The notes under the pieces: generated by a model
Databases searched by the model: none
What the model was told of the DNA's origin: nothing
Seen by the model: only the letters and a program-made list of their open reading frames with translations
Shown here: positions 1-12,591 of the stretch, in pieces
Position numbering within the stretch: the first letter of the stretch is position 1
Layout: every line of letters starts with the position of its first letter
Made by a program: the position numbers and the translations under genes
Source: Monocercomonoides exilis PA203
Lineage: Eukaryota > Protista > Preaxostyla
Assembly: GCA_001643675.2 (NCBI GenBank)
Contig: LSRY02000001.1
Coordinates: forward strand, 2,232,001 to 2,296,000
Length of the DNA: 64,000 nucleotides
Direction of reading: 5' to 3'

Positions 1-118
1 AAATAACTCGATAAAATCTCAAGAAGTTTGCAAGGGAAATCAAAAGGGTTCTTTCAGAAGAAGTTTAAATGAAGCTTCTCTTTCAGATTTATCTCCATCT
101 TCGTCATCTTCATCATCA

Positions 119-1396
119 TTGCATTCTTCTGCTTCCCAGTTGGATAACCAAAAAAAGAATTCTTTTCAATTTTCATCGCAATTTGCACAAACACCAAAAA
201 AAGCATCAAATATTCCATTTAAAGCCAAAGAAGAGCAAAGAAAAGGGGTTAATTCTCCATCTTCACAGAGCAAAACCACAAAATTTTCAGATAATTCTGC
301 ATGTTCATCTACAGAGAAGCAGCATGCAATTGGGCAAGCTTCAAGTCATTCCTCTCATTCTGATGTGTCTCCTCTTCGTCTCTCTCCAACTGTGCTTGGA
401 ATGGAGAAAAGATTGCAATTTGAAAAAATAACAGAAGAGCTGGAGAATATCAAGCAGGAGAAGGAGTGTTTGGAGGAAGAAACAGAAAAGCTGATGTTTC
501 AAAACAGTGCAAATGATTTTTCTGATGAAAAAGAACACAAAAAATTGGATAAAAGTTGTGTGAATGATGGTGATGATGCTTCAAATGAAAATTTATCAAA
601 ACAAGAAAAAAGCAAGAAAATTGTAAGGAATGTGTATGTGAGAGGAGAAAGAACAGCAAAGCCCCGTTTTTTGTCTACTTCGGCCAGATCTTTTTCTTCT
701 CCTTTAGCAACACCTCAGAAACTGTCTGCATCAGTTTCTTCTTTATCTTCTTCCTCTTCTTCTTTGTGTTTCCAACTGCAAATGAATCGTTTACCAATGG
801 ATGCTTCAGAAGATAAAGACAAACATAAGTTATCATCATCATCATCATCATCATCGCCATCCAAGTTAATGAAGCATCATGCAAAACAATTCATGGGGGC
901 AAAGCAGAAAAGCGAAGGAGAAGAATGCGGAAACCAGATGAAATCAAATAGAAGCCCACCGAAAAGAACAGAACCAACATCTTCAGCATCAATGAGGAGG
1001 ATGATGAACAACAATGCAACTCTTGTGTCAGCAAAAAATTCACAAAATTTCACACAAATATTAAAAGATAAAGCGGATGGTCCATCAACAGCAATAAATG
1101 TGACAAAAAGCGGAAAACATTGTGAGATAATTTCCTGTGAGAATCAAGAAAAAGAAAAAGAGAAAGAGAAAGAAAAAAATGAATCTTTGAAACCCGATAC
1201 AAAAAAAGAGGAAGAACTTGATGTTGTTAGCGATATTGACATCTCTTCAGAAATTAAATATCTCGACTTGAAACTCAGTGAACATGCGTTGTCTATCAAA
1301 TCGCATGAAGAAGAAGCTGAGAAACAAATGAATCTTTTTCAGCAATTGAAATTAAATTTGTGCTTGCAAAAAGAAAAGACTTCGAACACAACATAA
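119..1396 (+). CDS. Ser/Lys/Glu-rich low-complexity protein, probably the last exon of a gene that starts left of the window
   Basis: Open 425-aa frame with poly-Ser and KEKE tracts and a coiled-coil-like stretch; no recognisable domain. Confidence 0.55.
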   Translation: MHSSASQLDNQKKNSFQFSSQFAQTPKKASNIPFKAKEEQRKGVNSPSSQSKTTKFSDNSACSSTEKQHAIGQASSHSSHSDVSPLRLSPTVLGMEKRLQFEKITEELENIKQEKECLEEETEKLMFQNSANDFSDEKEHKKLDKSCVNDGDDASNENLSKQEKSKKIVRNVYVRGERTAKPRFLSTSARSFSSPLATPQKLSASVSSLSSSSSSLCFQLQMNRLPMDASEDKDKHKLSSSSSSSSPSKLMKHHAKQFMGAKQKSEGEECGNQMKSNRSPPKRTEPTSSASMRRMMNNNATLVSAKNSQNFTQILKDKADGPSTAINVTKSGKHCEIISCENQEKEKEKEKEKNESLKPDTKKEEELDVVSDIDISSEIKYLDLKLSEHALSIKSHEEEAEKQMNLFQQLKLNLCLQKEKTSNTT

Positions 1397-2196
1397 CTTT
1401 GATATTTAATTTTGACAAAAATGATTTATTTTTTTTTCAACTTTTTTGAATCTTCTTGTATGATTTGAATTAAAAGTTCGTTATCATTTCCATCCATAAA
1501 AAAAGCAATCAAATATATTTTTATTGTAAAGTCTTTTTGACCATTTTTTAAAAGAAAATATTTGGAGTTTATGAAATAAGCTCTTATGTTAATAAATTCG
1601 CTGTATAATTGTTATTTCTTCAAGTTGAGTGATTTTTCAGACAAAATTTGAAAGAAAAACAAATGATATAATTTAAGATGGCTTTGTCCGATGAAAAATC
1701 ATTTTTCATTTTAATTTTTTCACAATAAAGAAAAATTATTTTATTTGTGGAAATCCAAAAATAATTATATTTTCAATCATAATCTATTTTTGTGAAAAAA
1801 AACGAAGTTGAATATATTGAAAGTGAATTTCTTTTTGTATATTCTTCAATTTCTAAAAAGTGAATTATTTTTCAATATATTAGCTTTTGGTTTGATCAAA
1901 ATAAAGAAAAATGCGTGCTTTTCTTCTCAAATACAAAACAATCATGGTTTTGTTGCTGTAACATAGTGCACATTTGTTTATTGAAAAAACCTATCAAATT
2001 GAATTTTATCAAAAGCATTTTCAAACAGTCAAATAAAAAAAAGAAGTTTGTTTTTGCTGATAATTTCATTGTTTGAAGTACTATTGTGCTCATTGAATCC
2101 TGAATGAATCACAAACAGAATGGATGTTGGAGATGATGGTATTCAAGAAATGAACATTGTGGACAAGTTTTGGAATTTGTTCTTTTGTGACAATTT

Positions 2197-3561
2197 TTGA
2201 AAAACAAACAGTTTTTCACCATTTTCGTATTTTTTGAAGTGCTGTTTGACGAAATTGGAGGTTGCAACGAGGATGAACAGAAAGTCAAAGTTGAAGAAAT
2301 GAATGGACTGATCGATAAGATGAGCAAGCATGAATTTGAATCAACTTGCGCAATTGAATTGTTCAACAAAATTGCAAAAATGATTGAAGAAAAGAAAATG
2401 CCTTTGAGCAATACATCACTTTTGCTGAAGCACATGGGGTGTTTCTATTCGTTGAAAGGATTTGTTCCAAGTTTCTTTGAAAGATCTTCATTGGGAAAAA
2501 GGATTAAAAATCTGATTGTTGAAGAATTTCAGAAAAAAGAAGGGAAAACGAGAAGTTTCTGACTGATCTCTGTGAATGCTTCCTTTTATTGCATAACGAA
2601 TTTAAGTCCATTAATAAAACCATGACAAACATTTGTGTGTCCTGCCTTCTGAAAGTGGCTGCAAACAAAGATGAAAGCAAAGAAACACGAAAAGAAGTGG
2701 AAACTGCATTGCTTGCATTGGGCAATGTTAGATACTGCGCATGAATATTTTTTTTTATTGTTGATATTTTTGATATTTTTCTTTTCCAGTATTTGATCAG
2801 AAAAAAAGAAAAATTGTGCGTTTGAATGAACTGAAGGAAATCATCCTGTATAATCAGAAACATTGCAATCTCACACGACTTGCGTATCAATCTGCTTGGA
2901 GATTTTTGATAACCCGACTTAGGGTTGAAACAAGCTGGAGGATGAAATTGTGAATGAGCTTCATTTTGAAAGCGAGACAAGAAGAGAACTGGAAGAGCTT
3001 TCAAAGTGTGTGGATTGGAAAAGAAAAGAAGAAGAAGAAAGAAGAAAAGAAGCGAAAGAATTGATAATTATCAGGAGATGGATCAATACAGTAAATCATT
3101 TCTTACTGTGTTCCAAATTATGAAATGAAGAATCTGTTCTGCTTGTTGAAGGAATTGTGCTATTATTTAATGCCGCGAAAGATAATTACAGAGATATTTA
3201 TTATACGTGTTTTTATTTGTTAAAAAAAGCAGCTAAAAAGAAAAATGTGAAACTTGAAGGCTTGTTGAAAAGTGGTGCCATTGATGCTGCTTTGGAGGAG
3301 ATTCCAAAATCAACAATCAAAGGCAAAATGACATATTATTGCTTGCAATTTTTTATTGAAATTTCAAGGCGATTGAAAATAAAAGAGATTGATGAAATGG
3401 AAAAAGACAGAAAAGAAAAGAAAAGAAAGATATTCGAAAGGATGGAAGAAGAAGGATTTGAAGATATCACAACAAGCCTTTATGGAGAAATTTCTCTTGT
3501 TAGTAAAATATATTTTGATAATTTATCGTTGAATATTTCTGATTATTTTGTAAATGTTTAA
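2197..3561 (+). pseudogene. Lineage-specific helical/ARM-like family protein, frameshifted
   Basis: Consecutive fragments (LFDEIGGCNEDEQKVKVEEMNGLID; CLLKVAANKDESKETRKEVETALLAL; KRKIFERMEEEGFEDITTSL) separated by frameshifts and stops, with a probable intron near 2727-2800. Resembles an expanded oxymonad family (recalled, not searched). Confidence 0.6.
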
Positions 3562-5008
3562 CCAAACTGTTTTCTTTTCATTTTGTGACTCAAAAATCAA
3601 GCCTTTCTTTTTTCTGTATATTTCTATAAATTTCTTTAATTTTCTATTTCTTCTTTTCTTTTTCTTTTTCTCATTCTTTTTTTGAAACTCGAAAATAAAG
3701 TTTTTTTTTTCAATTTTTATTCATTTGGCAAAATGTCAAATAATTAATGAATAATGCAGAATCATGCTTTTGTTTCATTTTTCAAAAAAAGAAAAACTTA
3801 AATTTTTGAGAAGAATATTAGAGAAATACAGATGAAATATTTCTTTTCTAACAATAAAAATGGGTCACGGTCATATCTATTTTGATTTAAACCTCACTTT
3901 GTACCAAATTTGTTCTGCTTCCGGTTTTCAATGGGTATAACCTAATAAGACTGTAGAAAAAAATGAATTGAAAACTGTTCCATTATTATAAGAAATTTAG
4001 AAATTTGAAAAAAAGCATGATATGAAATGAAAAACATGAAAAAAACACGTGAAAGGTTTGAGAGAGATTATTGTCTTTATTTTTGAATACAGTCAATAAG
4101 TTTAGAGTTGAACAGAATTGTCCGTGCTAGTGAGGAAGTTTTGATATTTTTCATGAAAATTAGAACAAAATATCATTCATTGAATTATGGAAATGAGCTC
4201 TTTCGAGCAGAAAGAGAAAAAAAAACGATTTTCACAAGATACACGAATTCAGGAATTATTTCAGAAACATGAAAAATAAAAAGATGTGGCTGAGGATGTT
4301 GAAGAAAGAGGAATAAGCTCTGCAACTGAAGAAAAAAAACAAATATCGTTTGTTTTATTGAGCAGTTCTGTGCATAAGTTATTTGTTTATTGTTCGAGAA
4401 GACCCGTCACCAACACTTCGAGATGTTTCAGTGCAGATGCGAGCAGACGATGGGTTGTTGAATGCATCAGTGAGATAATACAAGCACTGTTTGTCATTGT
4501 CCTCCTCATGTGCACACAGAAAGGTCTTTTTGCACGAAGATATGAAGCCTGGTGATAAATTGAATCTGCCAGCGAAAAGAGTCTAGATCTCGTTTCAAGC
4601 AACTCTAATTGTTCAACTTTCTAATTCTTCTTCTTCTGTTTATTCAGCGACAAATGAAGGATTGAGGCGAGATTAATTCTGAGCTGAGGTATCTTTTTCA
4701 CATGTCTGTATGATTTCAATTACGCTGTATCCATCGCAAAGAGGGAACAGAGATCTGGGCTCCACACAAGTTGTCTCACTTTTATCGATGTGTGGAAGCA
4801 AAGCTGGGCTGTGCAATAAGACGGAATGCAGACTGGGCGATTAAGCGCATGATGCTTTAGACTCCAACAAAGATGGCTCTGAACCATGGAAAACAAACAA
4901 AAAGATGCTGAAACTGATTCAGGAGGCAAAGTGAGTGTAGCCGAAAAAACTGAGGAACGAAAGAAACAAGCAACAGATGAACAGGATCAATGAAGAAGCT
5001 GGGAAGTT

Positions 5009-6851
5009 TTATTTACATATCTTTGATCCAACCACGAAGGCGAAGACCACAAAGATGATTATCTGCTCGTCACGGAAGATGCCAATTCTCAAAATGCTGT
5101 TTGGTGATGGGCTTTTTTCTCTTCTCTCAGTGTAATCTGGCGCAAGCTCCTCTGAAACGGCTTGCAAGCCGAAAAGAGAAGACGAACTGCTGTTGAGCGA
5201 CCTGGAGTCATTCATAGACGGCTGCCTGATGCTGAACCTGCACATTTGAATGATAGTGGTGGAGGAGAATATCACAAGTTTTTGACATGAGCGCAATTCA
5301 ATTAACAATTCAGCAGAAAACTTCACGAAAGATGGCTACTGAAACTGTATCTTTTTCTTTTTCTTTAATAAAGCTTCTCTCTTTCTTATCACTTCAGGCA
5401 TCTTTTTTATTTTCATAATCATTTCTCTCTTCATTTACAAAATTCATCTTCATTGAATCATATATATCCGCTTCCTCTCAAATTAAAAAATATTCTTAAA
5501 GTTGCCATTATTTCTTGTTCTATTGGTATCCTGCATTCTGTGTAATTTTTTCCTCCTTCATTTTCTCGTTTTTCGTTTTCCTTTCACTCACACAGCAGCT
5601 GGAGAAGGTGGTTTTACTCACCGAAAATGTGCTGGCAGGGGCAGATTGGGCGAATGAGATGCACCCGCCATTGGTGGCATTCTGTTGGTGTTGTGGAGCT
5701 GAGTTGAAGCTGGTGATGGTGCAGTCGGCGAGGGAGAGGCAGAGGGCAGGGAAGGTGGCATAGTAGAGGACACAGTTGGCGGGGTGGCTGAGGAGGTGAT
5801 GTGGGCGATGCTGGAGGAGTTGAGGGTGAGTGGAGCGGTGAGGGAGGTGAGGTGGAAGATGCTTCGGCTGATGGTGAGTTGGGTGATTGCATTGTCACTG
5901 AAAAATACATCATTGCCTTTGCCATTAGTTGCGGTGTTGCCATCGAAGAAACAAAACGAGATGAATTTTATTCCATTCATCCAAGAATAAGTTGAATAGA
6001 AATAATGGCAGCACCTCCATAATTGACAGAGGCAGTCAATTTGTTATCTATGAACTGACAATCATTGATTGAAAATTGATTTGGCTTGTTGGTTGGAGGC
6101 CAACGAAATGTGAGTGAACCGGTTGAATCACCACCAGAATTTGAGATGCACTTGCATTTGGAAAACAAGAATTGACCGTTTGACGGAAAACCGCCAATCG
6201 CAAAATACCAACCAGTTCCGCACCAGTTTGTGATTGAACAACTTTCCACTCTATTTTTAGAAACGTAATAATTGGAATTTGATTGAGGAAACCCAACATA
6301 AGCAGCTCCTCCGTGTCTCGCCTGGCAGTTCAAAAAGTTGGATTTTGAAAAATTGACTTTTAACAAATATATGCAGTATAGTGCGCCTTCTTCACCATTA
6401 CCTGTGCATGAACAATTGTTGAATGAACAAGAAGTGATTGTGAGATTTGCATTTGTACAACTAACATAAAGTGCACCACCATAACTTGATCCACCAGTTG
6501 AATCATTCCATTCGCACCACTCAAAAAGATAACTGTTCAATTCAGAAAAAGCCAATCTTCCAGATTTCAATTTATGAGTTTCATTTCCAATATGCACCAC
6601 AGCAGCATTTGATGAAGGGCGTGTTTGGTGCAGGAAAGAGGAGTTGAAGGCGCAGAGAGAAGTGGATTGGCTGTTGAGGGAAGTAATGATTGATCATTTG
6701 ATAGTGTTCTGAATGTGTCGGAAGAGAAATCTGTTGATGAAGACACGAGAGAATAAATAAATGCGATCAAATTAATTATATATCTGTTTGCGAGTAATCC
6801 TGAGGATGAAGAAAGATAAAAACATGGATCAACAAAAGGCAAAATGTTCAT
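5009..6851 (-). pseudogene. Right-handed beta-helix (Pmp-like GGA-repeat) surface protein, disrupted
   Basis: Repeats GGALY..ITSCSFNNC, HGGAAY..F.NC, YGGAAI and GKGNDVFF; a Ser/Pro/Thr-rich stalk at 5614-5900; a hydrophobic segment IIIFVVFAFVVG at about 5030-5065; several frameshifts. Confidence 0.6.
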
Positions 6852-7950
6852 AGAATTTGGAACTGTAAGAAAATTGTGTAATTTGCAAAATTAGAAGATA
6901 AATATCGAAAAAGTTAAATTTGTTAAAAATAGAAATGTTTAATATTCGATGCGAAATCTTGAAAAATAACCATACATACTTTTTAAAATTCAGTGTTTTA
7001 TATATTTCTTGTTCATGATTTTAAACATTGTTTTTCAGCAAGGTGAAAAATGAAAAACAACATTGTTTGAAAATTGCAGTTGCTTAAAACAAAAAAAGCA
7101 GTAATTACCTTATGAGTGCTGAACAAAATGGCACAGAAGTTGTTGTTGATGTTACAGTTATTAAGAAACAGTTTGCAATTGCGAAGAAATAAACTAAAAA
7201 TTTGATGAAGCTTTTATGATTTGTATATTGGGAAAATTGAATTTCTAATTGCAGCATTCATTCAAACTCTCATTATTTAACTCACATTTTCGATTACAAA
7301 AGTTAGAACAGCATTTGAAACGAATAATCGAATTGTTCTTTTTTTCGAAGTTGATTATTGAAAGATCAAAATTTTTGCAAAAAGAGAATCAAAAGAAACT
7401 TCAGTATTTCATATCAATCTATCATGCTAATAATTTTTTGTAATCTTTTTTCATGTTTTGAACATTTAATACAAAATAGGACGAAGATTTTAAAAATAAG
7501 CAAGTTAATTCAAATAAACAGCGGATATTTTAAATAACCCCCACAATTATTAATTATTTTTTCTATTTGAATAATTTGATTCAATCTGCGTTGAATCTTA
7601 CAACTATCTATGTTTTTTCTTTGATAAGAAACAATAAGAAAATTTGAGTTTGACAACATAAATATTCAAATAGTTCCAAAATTAATTCCCACAATGTTGC
7701 AAATCATATCAATCAGTCTTGCTTTATTCGCTCTTTTGCTCAAAAACATCAACTTAACGTTAAAATTAAAAAAGAACAGAACACAAATATAATAAAATTT
7801 CATCAAAAAATAAAAATAAAACACACAAAACAGAAGGAAAAAAAACGCTCGAAAACAGAAACAAGAACAGAAGATTGAGGGTTTAAAAGATGCAAAATTG
7901 AATTGTGTGAAAGCAAATTCTTTGTTGCAGAGAAACACGAACGATAAGCT

Positions 7951-8750
7951 TCAACTCCAACACATAGTTCTGTTTGGTTTGACATCCGCTTGAATTTTCA
8001 CAACCTGTTGGCCGTCGTCACTTTCAATGGCTTTTCTTCTTAAAACCGTTCGAATAATATCAAGAAACACTTGTTTGACGATCATGTTGTCTTTCGCTGA
8101 AATTTCGAAATGCTCCGTATTGCCCTTTGACTCGCACCACTCCTCAGCTTTCCTAGCGGACACAGCTCTCAATTCTTCGAGGTCAATCTTGTTTCCGATA
8201 ACAAAAAATGGAAAATGCTTCGGCACTTGAGGATCACCCAAGCGCAGAAATTCGTCTCTCCAATATTCTAGTTTAACAAACGATTCTGGTGAAGTCACAT
8301 CGTAAACAAGGATGCACACATCCACCTCGTTGCAATACAATCTCAAAAGAGATCGATATATGTCGAATCCACCTGCTGATTTAAAACAAAAAAAATTCCC
8401 AGATATTTTGAATAAATAGAATAAATCATTTGTTTTGAACTGATGATAAAAGATAGAGCAAACATGAGTCAATTATTTCGAGGATCACAATCCTTCCATC
8501 AACAACAACTTCCTGCACATTGCAACATCAATCAAAATTTTCACAAATTGATGGGAAAAAATCGTTCATTCCATATGTTTGCTTCAAATGCTAAATGAAT
8601 CTGGTAAACCTTTTTCACACAATCATCACGGATTGACAAGAATCTATTATCAAATTTATCATGAACAAATTGATAAAACAAAGATGTTTTCCCGACTCCA
8701 TATTCGCCAAGCGCAATAACCTTTAATGAAACAGGCCCAGTTGACATCAT
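7951..8750 (-). CDS. Rab7: Divergent Rab7-like small GTPase, 3 exons (8750-8610, 8512-8464, 8372-7951)
   Basis: G1 GEYGVGKTS, G3 DSCG after splicing, G4 NKID, G5 SAK. The segment FPFFVIGNKIDL..AEEWC.SKGN..FE.SAK is Rab7-like. GT..AG introns at 8609-8513 and 8463-8373 give a continuous frame. Confidence 0.85.
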
Positions 8751-8943
8751 CCCCGCGCTGCTCTCGAAAACTCACTCTTTCTTTTTTTCAATTCACACAC
8801 AAAAAATTAGTTATGGTGCTCATTTCGAAAACAATTTTTGAACTCCTTTTTAACAAGATGTTGCTATTGACTAAAAAAAAATTTTTTTTGATTTTCTTTT
8901 ATTCTTTCTATTAGAGAAAAATCATTTCGCATCAAATAAGACA

Positions 8944-10980
8944 TTGTGTGAATTTTAAACTTAGACTTTTTTAATTTAGGTTTGAAATGAGAAAAATTTA
9001 TTTTCAAGCAATCATGTTTTTATTATGAAAATTGAAATGATCAATAATAAACATTATCAATGAATTCTCTTTTAACAATTTTTCTGGAATTTTTCTGCTT
9101 TGATTCATCATCCAAAATATCATCATTTAAAATGTGGGATTTATTAAATCTTCTTTTTTTGGGCTTTTCAGCTGCGAAAAGAATTTTTTCTTCGTTTTCT
9201 TTTTTCTTTTCTTTTCTTTTCATATCTTCTTTCATTTCCTTTTCTTTTTTCCATTCTTCAAGCAATTTTTGTTCAGTGAAAATATTCCAAAAAAATCTAA
9301 CCTGTGTGTTATCTTTTTCAATGTCACTGAAGTTACCTTTGGAAGTGTTGATAATACTGAATGCCACTCGTTTGAAAGCACGCCGCTTTTCTTGAACGAA
9401 GAAACAACAGTTGCAGGAAGTAATGCTGTCTGAAGAGCTTGTGGAAGAACGTTGGAAATGGCCTCACGTCGAAGAGAAATGGAAGAATCTGGAGGCACAG
9501 AGTAAAGAGAGTTGATGCATTTTTTGAGGACAGCAAACACACCACGATCAAGAGGTTGTGTGATGTGTGAACTGTGTGGAATAAAAGTGACGACGTCAAT
9601 GTTGTTATCAGCAAATTTCTGCCATATGTCAGGCTGAGCCCGAGAAGAGTGAGAATTTAAAAGAAGAAGACATCTCCCATTAATTTTCATTAATATTTTC
9701 CTTCTTTCAATGATTCCAGTTAATAAAACCTCTTCTGCGTATCTTTGAAATATGCTTTCCGTCATCCATCCATCGTTGTTATCCCAAACATCAATGAATG
9801 CGCTCAGAAAAACTCGCGTTTCATATGGTTATTTGTGGCATGGCCACAACACAACGCTTTCGAGAGATTATCCATCTGAAGCAGCTGTTACAACCAAAGT
9901 GGCATTTGGCATGTTTGCAGGTGTTGTATGAAATCCAGCTGGGACTCCTGAATGGTGAATCACCAGAGTTTTGAAGGAATCAGATAAGCGGAGTGAAAAA
10001 TAATCAGTGTTAAAGATCAAAGAAGGAGAATAATGATGTTAATTATGAAGATTTTGCAGAAGCTCCTAAAAGGGAAAAAGAGCTTGTTAGTTGGAGAACG
10101 AAAGACGTTGGTTATCCACATTTCTGAGCATGGACACTTTGAGCTCTGAATTTCTTTTTCGTAAAATAAGGATGTGCTTTGGACACACTGGCGTTTTCAT
10201 CAACATCAGTTTCTGATCGTCTTTTTTTGTCGGAAAGAACGGATTCCATCTGAAACATATTTATAATTATAAACGAAAGATAAATAAATGTGAAATCAAA
10301 CTAATTCTCTTGTTCTCTTTGCATTTAAACTTGTTCCGGATAAACTTTCGATTTTAATAACTCCAACAATTATATTTTTGTCCTCTTCATTGAATAGTTC
10401 TGGCCTGCCAGGTTTTGCAACAGCTCTGCCGCTTTCAATTGCTGAAACTGCTCTAATTATTGCTGAACGAGAGAACTCTTTGGTATTTATTGCATCAACG
10501 ATTCTGACATGTCCATCAACAACAATACGTGCCATGCGTTCTAATCGATTTTCAATTCTTCGATATTCAAATGACATCATTTTTTCTCGAAGAATTAACT
10601 GTCCACGTTCTTTTTTATTTTTAACAACACTCATAACAAAAAAATTCTGGTAATGATCATTTTTTATTTTTAAAAAAAAATTTTTTTTGTAATGAAAAAA
10701 AATTAAAAAAAATATTTTCGATTAAATTCTAACTTAGTCAGCCCCGTTGCTATTACCTAATCTCCTCAGGGGAGGCACTTATCAGAGATGGAGGAGCTAA
10801 CCCCCCCATCTCCCCTCCCCATCAGAGATTAGGTATAGTAATTTAATCAAGAATTTCAGTCATTGATTTTTCCTTACATACTGAAAACAATATAAAAAAT
10901 ATAAAAAGTGGGAAAAATCAACTTATTATTAAAAAAAAAGTCCGGGTTTTTAAAAAAGTTCGGGTTAATAAATCACACTA
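8944..10980 (-). mobile_element. pogo/Tigger-like (DDE_1) DNA transposon, copy 1, defective transposase
   Basis: HTH N-terminus at 10634-10302 (KPGRPELFNEED), intron 10301-10250, DDE_1 core GWMT..LLLLNSHSS..PHSSHITQPLDRGVF, internal stops. Right TIR (rc TAGTGTGATTTATTAACCCGAAC) is flanked by TA; left TIR is degenerate. Confidence 0.85.
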
Positions 10981-11363
10981 TACAAGTTCACAGTTTTATT
11001 TATTATTCTTCTGTTTAACGGAAAAAACGAAATATTTATTATTTATTCCGGTTAGAAATTTCTTTTGGAGGATCCATTTTTTATGGTTTAATCCATGAAT
11101 TAATTGCAAAAAAAATTCATGATGAGATTTCATATAAGCATTTGAAAAATAATGACAAATATTACAAAACTTAAAAAATTGTAGAATGATATGTTATTCA
11201 CATCATAACTTTCATCAGACTTTTTTCAAATTTCAATTGAATATTTAAATTGAGGTATTTTTGAATTAATCAAAAAAAATAGCCCTTATTCACAAAGTTG
11301 TTCAACTTTTAAAAGTGTTTTGATATTAACAAAATTTATTTTCCAAATAAAAATTTCCAAAAT

Positions 11364-11602
11364 GGGTAATTCTTTTTGAAAAGTTACATATGTTTAATTT
11401 TCAAATAAGTTATATATTTCTAATTCTGCTCAAATTTCTGTTTCCACTCACATATCTCTCATGAATGTGTTATATAGCATTATCAAGAAATAGATTCCAC
11501 TTAAGTTAAGTTTGTAATTTGTTAACAAAATATTTAATAAAATATGTTATTTTTAATTTATATGAAAATTAAACATTTGTGACTTTTCTTAAAGAATCAC
11601 GC
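11364..11602. mobile_element. MITE family A (GGG-terminal, 4-bp TSD)
   Basis: Left end GGGTAATTCTTTTTGAAAAGTTACATATGTTTAA; right end TTAAACATTTGTGACTTTTCTTAAAGAATCACGC; AAAT on both flanks. Confidence 0.7.
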
Positions 11603-12009
11603 AAATATCAATTTGTTAACAGTCGATTTTGAGAAACAAAACCCAAAAAAATTATTTTATAAAGAATAAAAAATATTTTCGTTATCGAAGAGTGTTGATG
11701 AAAGATCACTTGTAAAATAATTATGCCTTTTTGTTAAGTGAATTGTAATTTTTATAGGTTCACTAGAAGGAACATTATGCCTTTATTCATTTTACAGATT
11801 CGAAAAAATATTGTATGTGATAATATAGAAATACAATCAATGTTCCACCATTTCTTAATCATATTTTATAAAATTGAGTATTTTTTCAAAAATATTTAAA
11901 GTTTAAAATATGTTTTTGGCTGTGTGTTGGAAAGTGATGATAATACAGGTGATTTTTTTTTTGCAATCATCAGAAAAGATCAAAAATAGAATTGATAAAT
12001 AAAACACTA

Positions 12010-12367
12010 CAGATATCGCATAAAATACCGGACAAAATCGATATCTCAATAACTGCAAGAGGAATAATTCTATTAATTTTCCTCAAAATATATCACATCT
12101 ATTCAAACTCATTTGATATACAAAACTTTCAAAACTGCTTCATTTATGCTCAGAAATATCAATTTTTGAAATTTCTGAGAAATAGTATTTTGAGTTTCTC
12201 CTAGATTTCGATATATATTTTTTCTGAGCCCAAACGAAGCTATCATGAAAGTCTTGTATCTCAAATGAGTTTGTATAGATGAGATATATTTTGAGGAAAA
12301 ATAATAGAGTTATTCCTCTTGCAGTTATTGAGATATCGATCTTGTCCGGTATTTAATGCTATATCTG
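12010..12367. mobile_element. Foldback MITE with long imperfect inverted arms starting CAGATAT
   Basis: 12010-~12155 is the reverse complement of ~12220-12367 (e.g. TACCGGACAA / TTGTCCGGTA, AACTGCAAGAGGAATAA / TTATTCCTCTTGCAGTT); TA precedes the left end. Confidence 0.75.
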
Positions 12368-12591
12368 TTCCATCTTTGTTAGAAATATTTATTCATTGTT
12401 GTAATTCACTTTAAATGTTTCATTACTTTCATTTTCCTGTTCCAAAATGCAATTAAATCAGACTTTGTTAAATAAATTATAATATGATTAAGTTGTTTTG
12501 GATATAAAAATGAAATATTGAAGGAAATAGAGAAGGAGATTAACACAGAATTTGTCATAATTCTACAATAGTTCATTCAGAATGGCGATTA

